NCBI GenBank assembly: GCA_000934665.2
Contig: JYFJ02003887.1
Location: 1-36,858 of the forward strand
Reading direction: 5' to 3'
Source of the DNA: Catajapyx aquilonaris
Lineage: Eukaryota
DNA length: 36,858 nucleotides
Positions 1 to 16,930 of this stretch are shown here, piece after piece (the stretch's first letter is position 1; every line of letters begins with the position of its first letter). A program made the translations under genes and the position numbers. The notes beneath the pieces were generated by a model that was not told where the DNA came from, searched no databases, and saw only the letters and a list, made by a program, of their open reading frames with translations.

Positions 1-97
1 AACGGGTGAGGGTGGGGGGGGGGTGTGGATGTGATTGGCATCCTCACTGGCAATAAGTCCGAAGAGATTGAAAATGTGGTGGGCACTGTAGGCCGCA

Positions 98-180
98 GGC
101 CTAGAAAAGAGCGAGCGAAGCGAGCGGTTTTCTAGGCCAGCGCCCTAGGAAAATACGAGCGGAGCGAGGGTTTTCCTAGT
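98..180 (+). mobile_element. Helitron-like 3' terminus (two tandem hairpins ending CTAG|T)
   Basis: Stems ggcctagaaaa/ttttctaggcc (98-138) and ctaggaaaa/ttttcctag (145-179), each looping a cgagcg(a/g)agcgag motif. The second ends in CTAG followed by T, the usual Helitron 3' signature. Confidence 0.55.
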
Positions 181-745
181 GTTAGTTTAAAAACATATTC
201 AGGTTCAACGGCATTACTTCAAGCCTGTTTCGTAATGAATTGCAAAATATGGGATTAGAGCAACAGATGGCTTTAACAGACTCTGTATGTAGTAAAATAT
301 TGCCCCATACAAAGTAACCTAGAATTTTTTAGTATGGTACAGGTCGAGGATATTTCACTGATGGATCAGCACAATCATAGCAATAAAAATAGGTATAACC
401 TGGCAACCACACTGGATACCCCTTTATGGGAATTAAGCTGTGATGTCGATCAATAAAAATGTGGACTTTTCATAATTAATGAGTTACTTGGGTATCATCA
501 ATATTATTAGTAGAGTGCAAAACATACTCCCAAGCAATGATTTTGAAGGGGAAAACATCCCAGAATTGCTTATTTACGAATTGACACCAATGCACAACCC
601 GATCAGCCGATTCGTTGTTTTGTGTGGTTCTACAAGGCCACCTGCATCTTAAGGTAAAAACTACCCATATCAACAATCAGTCCGCACGGAATTCCCTTCC
701 TTATTCCGGCCATAATTCCCCCCCGCCAAAACCCGCTCCACTTAC

Positions 746-1030
746 TCCCTCCAGTAGAGCACAACGGACACGATCAGCTTGAGCACCTCAGTCAGCAGCA
801 CCACAGTCACCGTGTTGTACCCGTAGCTGTTGTTGCCATTCTGTGATGCCGTCACCAACAACCCTGCAAAAGAAAAACAATCCAATTATTTCGCTTGACA
901 GGCAGACGATCCCAAACCTTGACCCCAATGAGCTCATACTACCTTGGTTGATGAAGAGGGCCATGTAGGCCACGAATATCGCGAAGCTGACCCGGGTCGG
1001 GAACAGCTCGCCCATCTTCATGCCCACCAT
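746..1030 (-). CDS. senju: Nucleotide-sugar (UDP-galactose) transporter, SLC35A family, senju-like; first two coding exons, gene continues left of the window
   Basis: Exons 1030-943 and 863-746 with GT-AG sites splice to MVGMKMGELFPTRVSFAIFVAYMALFINQGLLVTASQNGNNSYGYNTVTVVLLTEVLKLIVSVVLYWR. This matches the N-terminus of Drosophila senju as I recall it. Confidence 0.85.
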
Positions 1031-2429
1031 CTTCTTAGGCCAGATATCCAGGTTACATGGGCTCTTTTTTTTTTCCGGAGAGAGACAGAGAGAGAACGAT
1101 TAGGAAAGCAGAAGAAGAGATTAAAAATTTCGTCTGCTACGTGGCTGCCATCTTGAAAACAATGTTGCCAGATTCAGAAGGGGTTGGGTCCAAGGGGGGC
1201 GGATTTTCTTATCAATTATTTTTATCACTAATTTATCGCACTTACTATGTTTGCTAAGATAAGGGACTATTTTTAAGACGGAATTGTAGGCTACAGAAAA
1301 ATATGGCAACACTTGACATTATTTGGGGAGGGAAATATCAATATTTGTATGATTGACCATTGATTCAGTTAAAACAAATTACCGCATAATACCCCCAATT
1401 AATTATCATAGCTGATGAGCCAACAAAATTGTCCGCTGCTAATCGCTTAAGATCATACCTGCATCCTGTCGGAAAAGTGAATGGTATCTCTCACTGTTGA
1501 AATGTACGCCCTTTTTCTGCCAACTGTTTGCCCACCTGTCACATTAACATTCGCAACAAGTCATGCCATTGTAAAGTACACACAGGATTTGCAGGTGTTT
1601 CTTTTCATGGCTGACAGTTCATGTGTTGTAAAAGGTGCAGGTACCTGAAAGATGATTGTTGAAGCTATGCGAATAAATATGAAAAAAAAAAAGAATGCTG
1701 AATCAGTTTTGAAGTGTTTATTACAAAATAAATCTGTCAGGCCTGGACTCATGAGTTCCGCTATTGGCCTATCTACAACAATGCTAAATGGAAACGAGAG
1801 GAAGGGATGATTTTTAACAGTACCGTAGAAAAAGGAAATGTATGGCCCTAGTTATTTATGGCGCTGGTTTACCTAGCAGCACACACGTGATAATTAGTGC
1901 TTTTTACAATGTTTTAAGCACTCGTTGCAACATAGGCTACGAATGTTGGGAGTCGAGGGTAACATTCATCTGCGTTATGGAAGCAAGAAAGGGGACAATC
2001 GCCTCAAGGAAATCTCTTGCGGCATTGTAATCGAACACGAGGGTAAGAAACGATGTGGGAGAAAAACACTTGCGTAGTTTGCTGCTTCATCAATAAATTC
2101 TGACGCATAGTCAATAAATATACAGCCATAATATCTACATCAAGGTTATATATGTACAAAATCAGCAAAGTTTCCAAAATAATGGCAAAATAAATTTTCA
2201 AGTTGTTGTAAGACTCAGATCTCCCAACCAGAAATAACAGTAATAAACTTGTGTAAGGTCTTCAAATAAAAGCCAGGAACAAATTACCAGCCCCCATCAA
2301 AAACTGAGTACGTATACATGAAAGCAATGATTTAATTAAATATGACTCGTCTCAACATTTACTTTCAATCTGCACCTGTATTTACTCTCTCTCTTCTCTT
2401 GCAAATACCTTCCTCAGTATGGACCTGTA

Positions 2430-8423
<5,994 letters not shown>

Positions 8424-8634
8424 CTTGCCATTTTTGACGTGTACACGACCCACTGTTGCCAGATCATTGCACACACACAAAAAAGAAATGGAACACTGAT
8501 ATTAGAATATTTTTAAAAAAAATTCAATATTTCGATCCTTGACCTTCCCGGGTTAAACGGAGGTCAAGTGCTGACCCGGCACGTGACGTATAGGTGTCGC
8601 CTGCTTCGGGGGATTTCGGAAGATGCTGCTGAAG
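8424..8634. promoter_or_regulatory. Bidirectional promoter between TBC1D23 and Tom70
   Basis: Divergent ATGs only about 210 bp apart. Contains GTTGCCAGAT (8455-8464) and CACGTGACGT (8580-8589), and both starts lie in YY1-like AAGATGGCG context. Confidence 0.7.
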
Positions 8635-11167
8635 ATGGCGGCTGCGTTGACGGCAGCGGGCGGTGGCACCGGCGTGTCCGCCTCCTCGCTGATGGGCAGG
8701 GGCATTGGAGGGGCAGGGTCGCCCGGGGGAGGGTCCGGGGCAGGGTGGTCCAAGTGGCAGATCGCGGCCGCCGTGTGTGTCCCGGTGGCAGTGGGCAGTC
8801 TGGGATACTGGTACTACAAGAAGGGACACAGGTGCCTCTTCCCAAAGGCAGACGGTGGGAAGCCAGAGGCTGGAGACGCGCCCTCGTTCGACGAAGGGAC
8901 GGACCAGGGGCGGAACCAGGGGGAGGAGGAGGAGGAGGAAGAACGGGAAGAAGAGGCACAGGTTTGGTCCTACACTAAAACGACTTAACCCGCACTAGAC
9001 CGACCTAACCTACACTAAACCTACCTAACCCGCACTAGACCGACCTAACCTACACTAAACCTACCTAACCCGCACTAGACCGACCTAACCTACACTAAAC
9101 CTACCTAACCCACACTAGACCGACCTAATCTACACTAAACCTACCGAACCCACACTTAACCGTTAACCCACACTTATTTATTGGCATGCGTTGGACATAC
9201 CGAATGAGTTACACCATGGTTTTTGTTGCAGGATCCGATCACTAGGGCGCAGAATGCAAAGAACAAAGGGAACAAGTACTTCAAGGGTGGGAAGTACGCG
9301 GCTGCCATCAAATGTTACGATAATGCAATCAACCTTTGTCCGAAAGATAACACGATGGATCTGTCCACTTTCTACCAGAACCGGGCTGCTGCGTATGAAC
9401 AGATGGTGAGTCTCGCTGTCGTCCAAGCGTGCCTGAAATTAATTTTCCTAATGTGCACAGGGCAAGTATGAGGAGGTGAAGGATGATTGCACCCAAGCCC
9501 TGGACCTCAACCCGAGGTACATGAAGGCTCTGTTCCGCCGCGCAAAGGCTTTAGAGCAACTACGTGAACTGTCTGGATCGCTGGAGGACATAACTGCAGT
9601 GTGCATCCTGGATGGGTTCCAGAACCAGGCCTACCTCATGATGGCGGACCGGGTGCTGAAGGACCTGGGTCGGTCCAAAGCCAAGGAGGAGCTGGCCAAG
9701 AAGGAGCCGGCTATGCCTGCGAGGCACTTTGTCCGCACCTACTTCTCCTCTTTCTCAACCGGGCCTCTGCGCATGGCAGCCCTGGAGGCACAAGGTGACG
9801 GTGCAGGCGAGGGGCTAACTGGTGGTCTAGCAGAGGCTAAGAGGGCACTGCGGCAGGAGAGGTATGAGGAAGTGGTACCATGCTGCACACGGGAAGTGGA
9901 GCAGGGTGGATCAGGCCTGGGGGAGGCATTGCTGCTGAGAGGCACATTCTACCTGCTGCGGGGAGAACATACCAAGGGTCTGAAGGACATGGAGAGCATC
10001 ATCGAGTCAGATAGTCCAGTCATGACTAATGAGGTGAGGGCCACGTATTAATTCACGGATATGTTTTTTCCTCAATTTGTGTCGATAGAACTGGCCCCAA
10101 ATGTCTCCTTACAGGGGCGCAAAGACAACATATGATGTCCGTCAATTAACATTTCTCTCTCGTAATCAGATTAAAGTGAATGCCTTGGTGAAGAGGGCAT
10201 CGCTGTATATCCAGTTGGAGGACCCCGAGCGATGCTTGGCGGACTTCAACCATGCAGCGGAGATGAGTCCGGATAATCCAGACATCTATCACCACAGGGG
10301 CCAGGTGTACCTCCTCCTAGATCAGCTGGACAAAGCCCATGAAGACCTGGAGACAGCGGCTAGGCTGAACCCAGACTTCAAGTTGGCCCAGGTCCAGAAG
10401 ATCTACACGAGCTACAGGCAAGCCTTGGCTGCCAGGGATGGCCCAGGGGTGTCCGCAGTGTGCGGGCAGTTTGAGAACTTCATAAAGGAGAACCCTAATT
10501 GCAGTGAGGGATACAGTCTTTATGCGCAGATGCAGACGGACCAGCAAAACTTTCAGGAAGCAGACAAGCTCTACCAGAAAGCCATTAAGACTGATCCTGG
10601 AAATGCAACGTTAATAGTGCACAGAGGTACGTGTGATTGGCATCGGTTATGTGCTGCGAACGAGACATTCCATCCGCAACGGATGGAAAAAATTAGCTAC
10701 ATTTTTCCTTATTACAATAACAATGCAGGCTTCCTTATCATCTTGCTGCATTTTGCAAAGTGATGTACGTATTTTTTACATTCTCTATTTATCTACTTGC
10801 CTACAGCCATGTTGAAACTTCAGATGATGCAAGATGTAGAGGAAGTGAAGAGCTTAGTCAACGAGGCCATCAAGGTGGATGACCGGTCGGAATTTGCCTA
10901 TGAGACTCTCGGTACAATCGAGGTGCAACAGTGAGTACCTTTAATCACTTCTGCAACACTTGTTGGTTTCATTTAGGCAAGTGATCTAATGGAATTCTTA
11001 ATCCCAGGGGCCACCTAAAGGAGGCTGTGCAGCTGTTTGAGAAGGCAATCCGACTGGCCAAGACCGAGGTGGAGATGGCTCACCTGCTTTCCTTGAGGGA
11101 TGCTGCAAAGGCGCAGATAAAGGTTGCGAAAAATCTGGATATCAAGACAATGGACGTTAACCAATGA
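8635..11167 (+). CDS. TOMM70: Mitochondrial import receptor Tom70 (TPR protein), 6 coding exons
   Basis: Exons 8635-8961, 9232-9405, 9461-10033, 10170-10626, 10807-10930, 11008-11167; an in-frame ATG also lies at 8623. N-terminal anchor KWQIAAAVCVPVAVGSLGYWYY, TPR clamp AKNKGNKYFKGGKY..AI.CY and STFYQNRAAAYEQ, PDIYHHRGQ, C-terminal FAYETLGTIEVQ..LAKTEVEMAHL. Confidence 0.96.
8987..9160 (+). repeat. 40-bp minisatellite in Tom70 intron 1 (about 4 copies)
   Basis: Unit aacccgcactagaccgacctaacctacactaaacctacct, itself built of two related 20-mers. Confidence 0.9.
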
Positions 11168-12191
11168 GCGTGCATTCGAGGCGAGCAATTTTTTGTAGGA
11201 AGTCACTCGTTGCACTTTGTTATTCCCGTAACCGGAAGTAATGAAGTCTGTTGCCTGTTGTTTTCATTTTTTTTTCCGTTGTTGTTGTTGTTAAAATCGC
11301 TATTTTTTTGTAGCCACAATTGCATGTACTTTCAATCATGAGTGAAATTATTAGTCTCTGGTGGTGTTTAGCCACTGCTTCCACTGCCAGGGTCACATTT
11401 TTATACTCTACATTTGTGCAGGGATGGTACGCAGTAAAATTAATCTCAATTTTCTTTTGCAACGATCACTGTAGTTCTCGCAGAAGGACCCGTGGCATGT
11501 GGGTAGCAATTCAGAGAGACAAAGTTAACATGGCAATCAATCTACTTTCAATTTGGAAACCCAAAGGAAAAGCATAATATCAGTTGCGATGTTCACATTC
11601 TCTCTGTCAATTATTACCTCTGAACCACAGGTGCTGATGCAAGAACTTTAATTGGGTAATGTCCTCATAAGCATGCCTGTCGGGCACAAATTGTTTACTG
11701 AATGATATGGATGAACTTTATTGTGCACCACCCCACACCGGTCAGTGCATTGCTTTTTTTACTTATGCAATCGCAACAGGCTTCAAGTGTCAAATTCTGC
11801 ATTGTAAAATGAACGCCCCACCACCTCTCGTTGAATTGTATAATACCTTACATATGCAGGGCTAGAAACTTAAAAACAAAATATATATATATGCAGGTAG
11901 ATGAACAGATGTCCACTTTAGGTGCTCAACCGTGAAGGTTTGTGACTGATTCCATTTTATAATATACCAATGCGGAGAAGAAAAGACTAGTCTTAATTGA
12001 GTGATAAGCAGACCTGAAACACGAAATGTAACAAGGTTGTGCTGGGTATCTCGCCTCCGAGTCGTGGCAAAATAAATAAATAAAAAGTGTCAAGAGTCCA
12101 ATAGACCTTTCAAATCAATTTCATTGCTAGGGACAAATTACTTCCATACAGGATATCTAACAGAACAAGCGGAGGGAGTGAGTACCAAGGT

Positions 12192-13052
12192 TCAAACCTG
12201 GTACCCAACAATGTGCCGCTTCCCGATGCACTCGCCAATGAAGAACCAGCAGACGACCTCCACGCCAACCAGGGTGTTCAGCCAAGCCTCCTGAACAGAT
12301 CGTTGGAATGTCACGTTAGTAATTGGCAATATCACAAATCCTGAATGAACTAGTACAGGTATGATTGCGTGTTCTGCACAGGATTTGAACTACAAAAGTG
12401 CGCATTATTTGGCTCCAATCACCATTGTACCTGCACTACTGAGCATTACAAGGTCTTTTTTGTACATGCGAAGCTAGTGATTTTACCTTGACGGTCAGCT
12501 GCTTCCACCTCTTGGCACGCATCCCACCCATGAGCCTCCCAATCCCACGAGCGATCTCTGGGATGTCCGCTGGGGTCGGAGGAGTCAGCTCCACACGGGC
12601 ATACTTTGCAAACGTCTGCAACTTTGGACGAGCCAATTTCATCAGGTCTGGAATTAAATAGTGCTTTATACTCTTTATGCGGATATTAACAAGCAATAAA
12701 TGATAATGTAAATTATTCGTTCAAATGACAGCGAGCCCCCACAAGGGATTCAGTTGCATGTAAATCCAGGGCAGGTTCAACCCCTGCAACATTTAGAGCC
12801 ATCAATTGTTCTGATTATTTTTGGAACACTTTCAATATTAGACCAGTAGTTATGAAACAAGTTATCCCTTTTATTTCCCCCCCCCCTCCTTCCCCAGATG
12901 ACCGTGGCTACCTCCCCATTCCCCACCAGCCCACCCGGACCCTTCCTTCAATCCACCTGGACCATCCCCACAGGAAGGGAGGCAGAGAGGAGGCTGAAAA
13001 GGGGCCGAAAACTGAGCTTACTTTGGACCATCGGCTGCACGGAACTCGCCAT
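12192..13052 (-). CDS. ATP5MG: Mitochondrial ATP synthase subunit g, 3 coding exons
   Basis: Exons 13052-13022, 12647-12487, 12290-12192 splice to MASSVQPMVQNLMKLARPKLQTFAKYARVELTPPTPADIP...WKQLTVKEAWLNTLVGVEVVCWFFIGECIGKRHIVGYQV*. Confidence 0.96.
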
Positions 13053-13269
13053 TTTGACCAGCAGGAGGAGGGATCGACGTTGCCAGATTTGCTCTACTCC
13101 ACTGCGGATCGATCAACTGGCAACAATGGAAAAGCGTGCCATCTGGCGTTCGAAATCAACACTACTTGATACTGTATTTTTGGCACCGTATCTATGGCTC
13201 ATTATAATAAAAAAATAAAAAAAATGAAATAAAAAAAACACTAATGGTTGAATTATGTAATTTCACAAG

Positions 13270-13631
13270 AGGTTCTGTAGGCGTGCTGTCATTTGTACTA
13301 CTGCAGTTTCCATACTTTGGGGGTTTATTCAAAGTGTACACAGACAGAAGCTTATGGAGCTGCAGAAATGTTGGCGTAGCTGGATGATCCTTTGATCCCG
13401 CTGCCAGCCTGACTATCCCAAAGAACCTCTGAAACAGAACAGTTAATTATGCTCACGGCTATGGATAGCACTCAATTGCTGGTCTTACCTCTAGAGAGTC
13501 TTGGTTCATCCTGCCAGTGAGGACATATTCAAAACTTGTCTTTCAGGTACTGGCATATACCACTGGTCGATTGCAAAATTACTCGCACACCTTCTGCATT
13601 TGAGTCCATCGACATTAGATTTGCTGAATAT
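13270..13631 (-). pseudogene. Decayed P-element/THAP9-like transposase fragment retaining a 60-nt intron
   Basis: Splicing out GT-AG intron 13488-13429 gives EYVLTGRMNQDSLE|RFFGIVRLAAGSKDHPATPTFLQLHKLLSVY...PKYGNC, the QDxLExFFG catalytic region of P-type transposases. Frameshifts are present. Confidence 0.85.
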
Positions 13632-13712
13632 CTGCAGTACAGGGAAGTACAGTAAATGTAAATTAATATATACATCTTATTACTGCAAAAGAGATGAAAT
13701 AAATGCACCCTT

Positions 13713-14040
13713 ATTTTTGGTTATCGTTTTAAACGTGCATTTACATGTGAGCGATTTGGTCGTGCGATGTCATCGCCAAGCGACGAATCCAATTGTTTGG
13801 GGCGAAAGTAACAATCATGGTAACAATATATTTTCGCCCCATACGATAGGATTCGATAACATTGCTGAGTAACCCAAGTAACCAGTATTGTTTGAAGCGA
13901 AAATCGGTTGTTACTTTAACCTCAATCAATATTGGTTGCTCTAGTTACGAACTCAGCGATGTTATCGCTCTGCGAAGACTTAGCACTTAGCTCGTCAAAT
14001 CTCGCACATGTAAATGCACCTTTAAAATGAAACCAAAAAT
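13713..14040. mobile_element. MITE with about 45-bp terminal inverted repeats (PIF/Harbinger-like)
   Basis: atttttggttatcgttttaaacgtgcatttacatgtgagcgatttg is the near reverse complement of caaatctcgcacatgtaaatgcacctttaaaatgaaaccaaaaat. No ORF. Confidence 0.65.
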
Positions 14041-14284
14041 TTACTGCTGAATAAATTAACACGTTATCATGGCTTGTGGATGTCAAATATTGCGCACATT
14101 TTAAAATTAAATTAAATTAAACCATCTGAGAGTACAGTAATTAAAGTGCAATTTTTAAAAACTATAGCACTTATTTTGGCTGAGGCCTAAATAGACAACG
14201 CCATCACATTTTCATTGATTAAATAGCAGATCACATGACATTTACCATGAGTGTACATACCCTAACATTTTATTCATTTCATGC

Positions 14285-16063
14285 TTACCAGTCATGCCAG
14301 AACATCTTCTGTAGGACTGGTTGCCCCCCTTCTCCCATGGCCAGGCTCCTCCCAATGGCACCAGGTTGAGTCTGGCTCGATGTACAAACCTCCAGTCGAG
14401 TTGTAGTTGACCTGGCGGAGGTCCAGATGTTCTGGTGCGCATTGCTACGCAGGCGGAACTCTCCCTCGTTGGAGCCGTTCAGGAAAGCCAACATTTCTGC
14501 CTCACTGATGGCCTCCATGCTCAGGCGCCCCTCAACTGTAGAGCGAAGATCATCCTCAGCCAATTCCCTCACTCCAAATGGAGGGCGTGCACAACGTTGT
14601 TCGTAAAATTCCTGGTCCCAAGGCCTCTCTGAATATGCCTCAATGAAGGACTCCAACTTCTCCTTGGGAATATGGCACTTTTCACTCTCTTCATCCAGCA
14701 AAAGTCTAAAGGCTTTCCTGCGGTTGCGTCGGTAAAGCCGTTGAATGGCCCTTGGATGTCAATTGGGTTTTTGGTAGGGTCATGGTTGCCAGAAGATGGG
14801 GGGATGCGGGCAGTCTCCCTGGCGGTGGCATTTAACTGATCGAGCAGCTCTTCGAACAGGGCCCAAGCCTCTTCAGTCCTGCCCAAATTGCGTATTCGAG
14901 CCAGGCCGGGAGGTAATCATGTATCGGCGTCCGACCATCCCCTGACAGAAGCTCCTCCCCCATCGAGAGCTCCTCCATGACAGGGTCGCCCTCATGGTCA
15001 TGGTGATCAGAGGAATCATCATCGTCTAGGTCAGCATCACGAACATCATCATCATCATCATGCGAGTCAACACCACCATCATCCATGCACAAGACATCAC
15101 CACCAGCACCATCAGGAGGGTCAGCACCCCCTGCACCCACGTCCAAGACACCACCACCAGCAAAATCACCTAGGCCATCACCACAAGCACCAGCAGGAAG
15201 GTCAGTAGTATCAATGATCGCAGGTGTGAAAGCCGCCCTGTGGACTGGAGGAGGTAAAGAGCGACCACATCTGATAGGATGGGCACCACAGTATCAGGAA
15301 CATCAGCGATGACTTCACACTATGGCGTTGCACAGTCTGGTAAAGCAGGCACCGAGGTGGTGGTCGGGGTGAGCCTGAGCATTCTGGATCTACCCCGAAC
15401 AGGAGCATCACTGGCAGGACAGGCAGGCCCCCTGGTGGTCACGTCCGCCCCGTCTGCAACAGCAGGCCCCGAGGTGGTGGTATCCTCCGAGCTACCAGCC
15501 AACAGCGTAATGTCGTCTGCGAGGGCGAAGACATGGTGATCGCCCGCCTCACCTGGCTGGATCGCCCAGAGGACAGGGTCAATAGCCACATTGAAGAGTA
15601 TGCTGGACAGGGGGTCATCCTGCCGGATGCCACAGTCGGTTCAGATGGTGGAGGTAGGACCCTCAGCAGTCAGGATGGTGGTGGTGCTGCCCCGGTACAA
15701 ATCCATGGCGACTTCGGTGAGGGTGTCCCCCACTCCCGCCGCTCGCAGGGAAGCTTCGATTGCACCGTGAGGCACCGAAGTATAGGTTGCAGTGAGGTCC
15801 ATTCAACCAATGCACATGTCCTCCTTCCCGTCCAGCGCCCTGCCCATGGCCTCCTGGAGCCCAAAATTGTGCTCCAGGACACCATCGTAGGGGCGGAATC
15901 CTTTTTGGCCGCAGTGCAGGACCTGGTAGTTCTCCAGCCACGTCGACAGTCTGGCAGCGACGCAACCAGAGTATAGTTTGGCGATCGTCCGTAGGATGGA
16001 GATAGGCTGCCAGCTAGTTGACTGGGTCCACCGGGTCACCCTTCTTGTGGATGAGCACGGTGG
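14285..16063 (-). mobile_element. Utopia-like RLE non-LTR retrotransposon mosaic, block A (RT core piece, acidic linker, pre-RT piece, post-RT piece, DWRFVHRARL piece)
   Basis: Peptides TVLIHKKGDP, QKGFRPYDGVLEHNF, LADDITLLA, DGRTPIHDYLP, LYRRNRRKA, FLNGSNEGEF, DWRFVHRARLNLVPL. Frameshifted and not colinear. Confidence 0.85.
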
Positions 16064-16376
16064 CAGCCTGACTATCCCAAAGTACCTTTGAAACAGAACA
16101 GTTAATTATGCTCACGGCTATGGATAGCACTAAATTGCTGGTCTTACCTCTAGAGAGTACTTTAACCTCAAACAATATTGCTGGTTACGCTGGTCACTCA
16201 GCGATGTTATCACTCGGCAAAGACTTATTAGCTCGTCAAATCTGGCACATGTAACCGCACCTTTAAAACGATAACCAAAATTTTACTGCTGAACAAATTA
16301 ACAAGTTATCGTGGCTGGTAGATGTCAAATTTTGTGCACATTTTAAAATTAAATTAGATTAAACCATGTCAGAGTA
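16064..16376 (+). repeat. Local duplication of 13405-13498 fused to 13912-14132
   Basis: cagcctgactatcccaaag...cttacctctagagagt is followed directly by actttaacctcaa...attaaaccat. About 410 bp of the original is missing. Confidence 0.9.
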
Positions 16377-16489
16377 ATTCAAGTGCTATTTTTTGATCCA
16401 TACCAGGTATGTCATCCCCCGTGGTACCTGCGCTGGCTCTGCGGGTATGTAGTACATGCCAAGCAAATGATGGTCGTCTTCCCACACGT

Positions 16490-16580
16490 GGCTCGCAGGG
16501 AACCCGCCATCTTGACCAGCGGTTGCCAGATTTTCTCTACTCCTGAGCGTCACGTATAGACCGATCCATCTGGCAACAGG
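16490..16580. promoter_or_regulatory. Diverged copy of the ATP5MG start/promoter module
   Basis: cgccatcttgaccagc..gttgccagattttctctactcc..gatc..ctggcaaca aligns with cgccattttgaccagc..gttgccagatttgctctactcc..gatc..ctggcaaca at 13047-13126. On the minus strand ATGGCGGGTTCCCTGC corresponds to ATGGCGAGTTCCGTGC. Confidence 0.6.
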
Positions 16581-16930
16581 GGCCAGGAGAGGGCCACTTG
16601 CTGCTCGAGTGAGACATGTTGGAACGTGTTCGAAAGAAGAAGCCACAGTCTCTCAGTCTCTCGCGGGCATGTTTGACGAACACTAATTCAATCACATCAT
16701 TCCCTCTGTGCGAATTGGAACGGGTACATTTTAATGGCCCTATTTTAGAGCAGCTTTTATAGTGAAGCGCCTGTGTCGCATGTGGGTGACGTCAAGCAGG
16801 TAGCCTTGAAGCCGGCGGGTGATGCTGCGGGCCCCATTGCTTGGCTGCTCCTGGACGGGGAAGGTGCACACGGGACAAGTAGTAGTGGCACCCGGAGGAC
16901 ATCAGCGTCATGTGTACCCGCGTACAGGTA

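Noticed and set aside
8987..9160. Interstitial TTAGG telomere array
   Set aside because: Only scattered CCTAA units within a 40-bp minisatellite.
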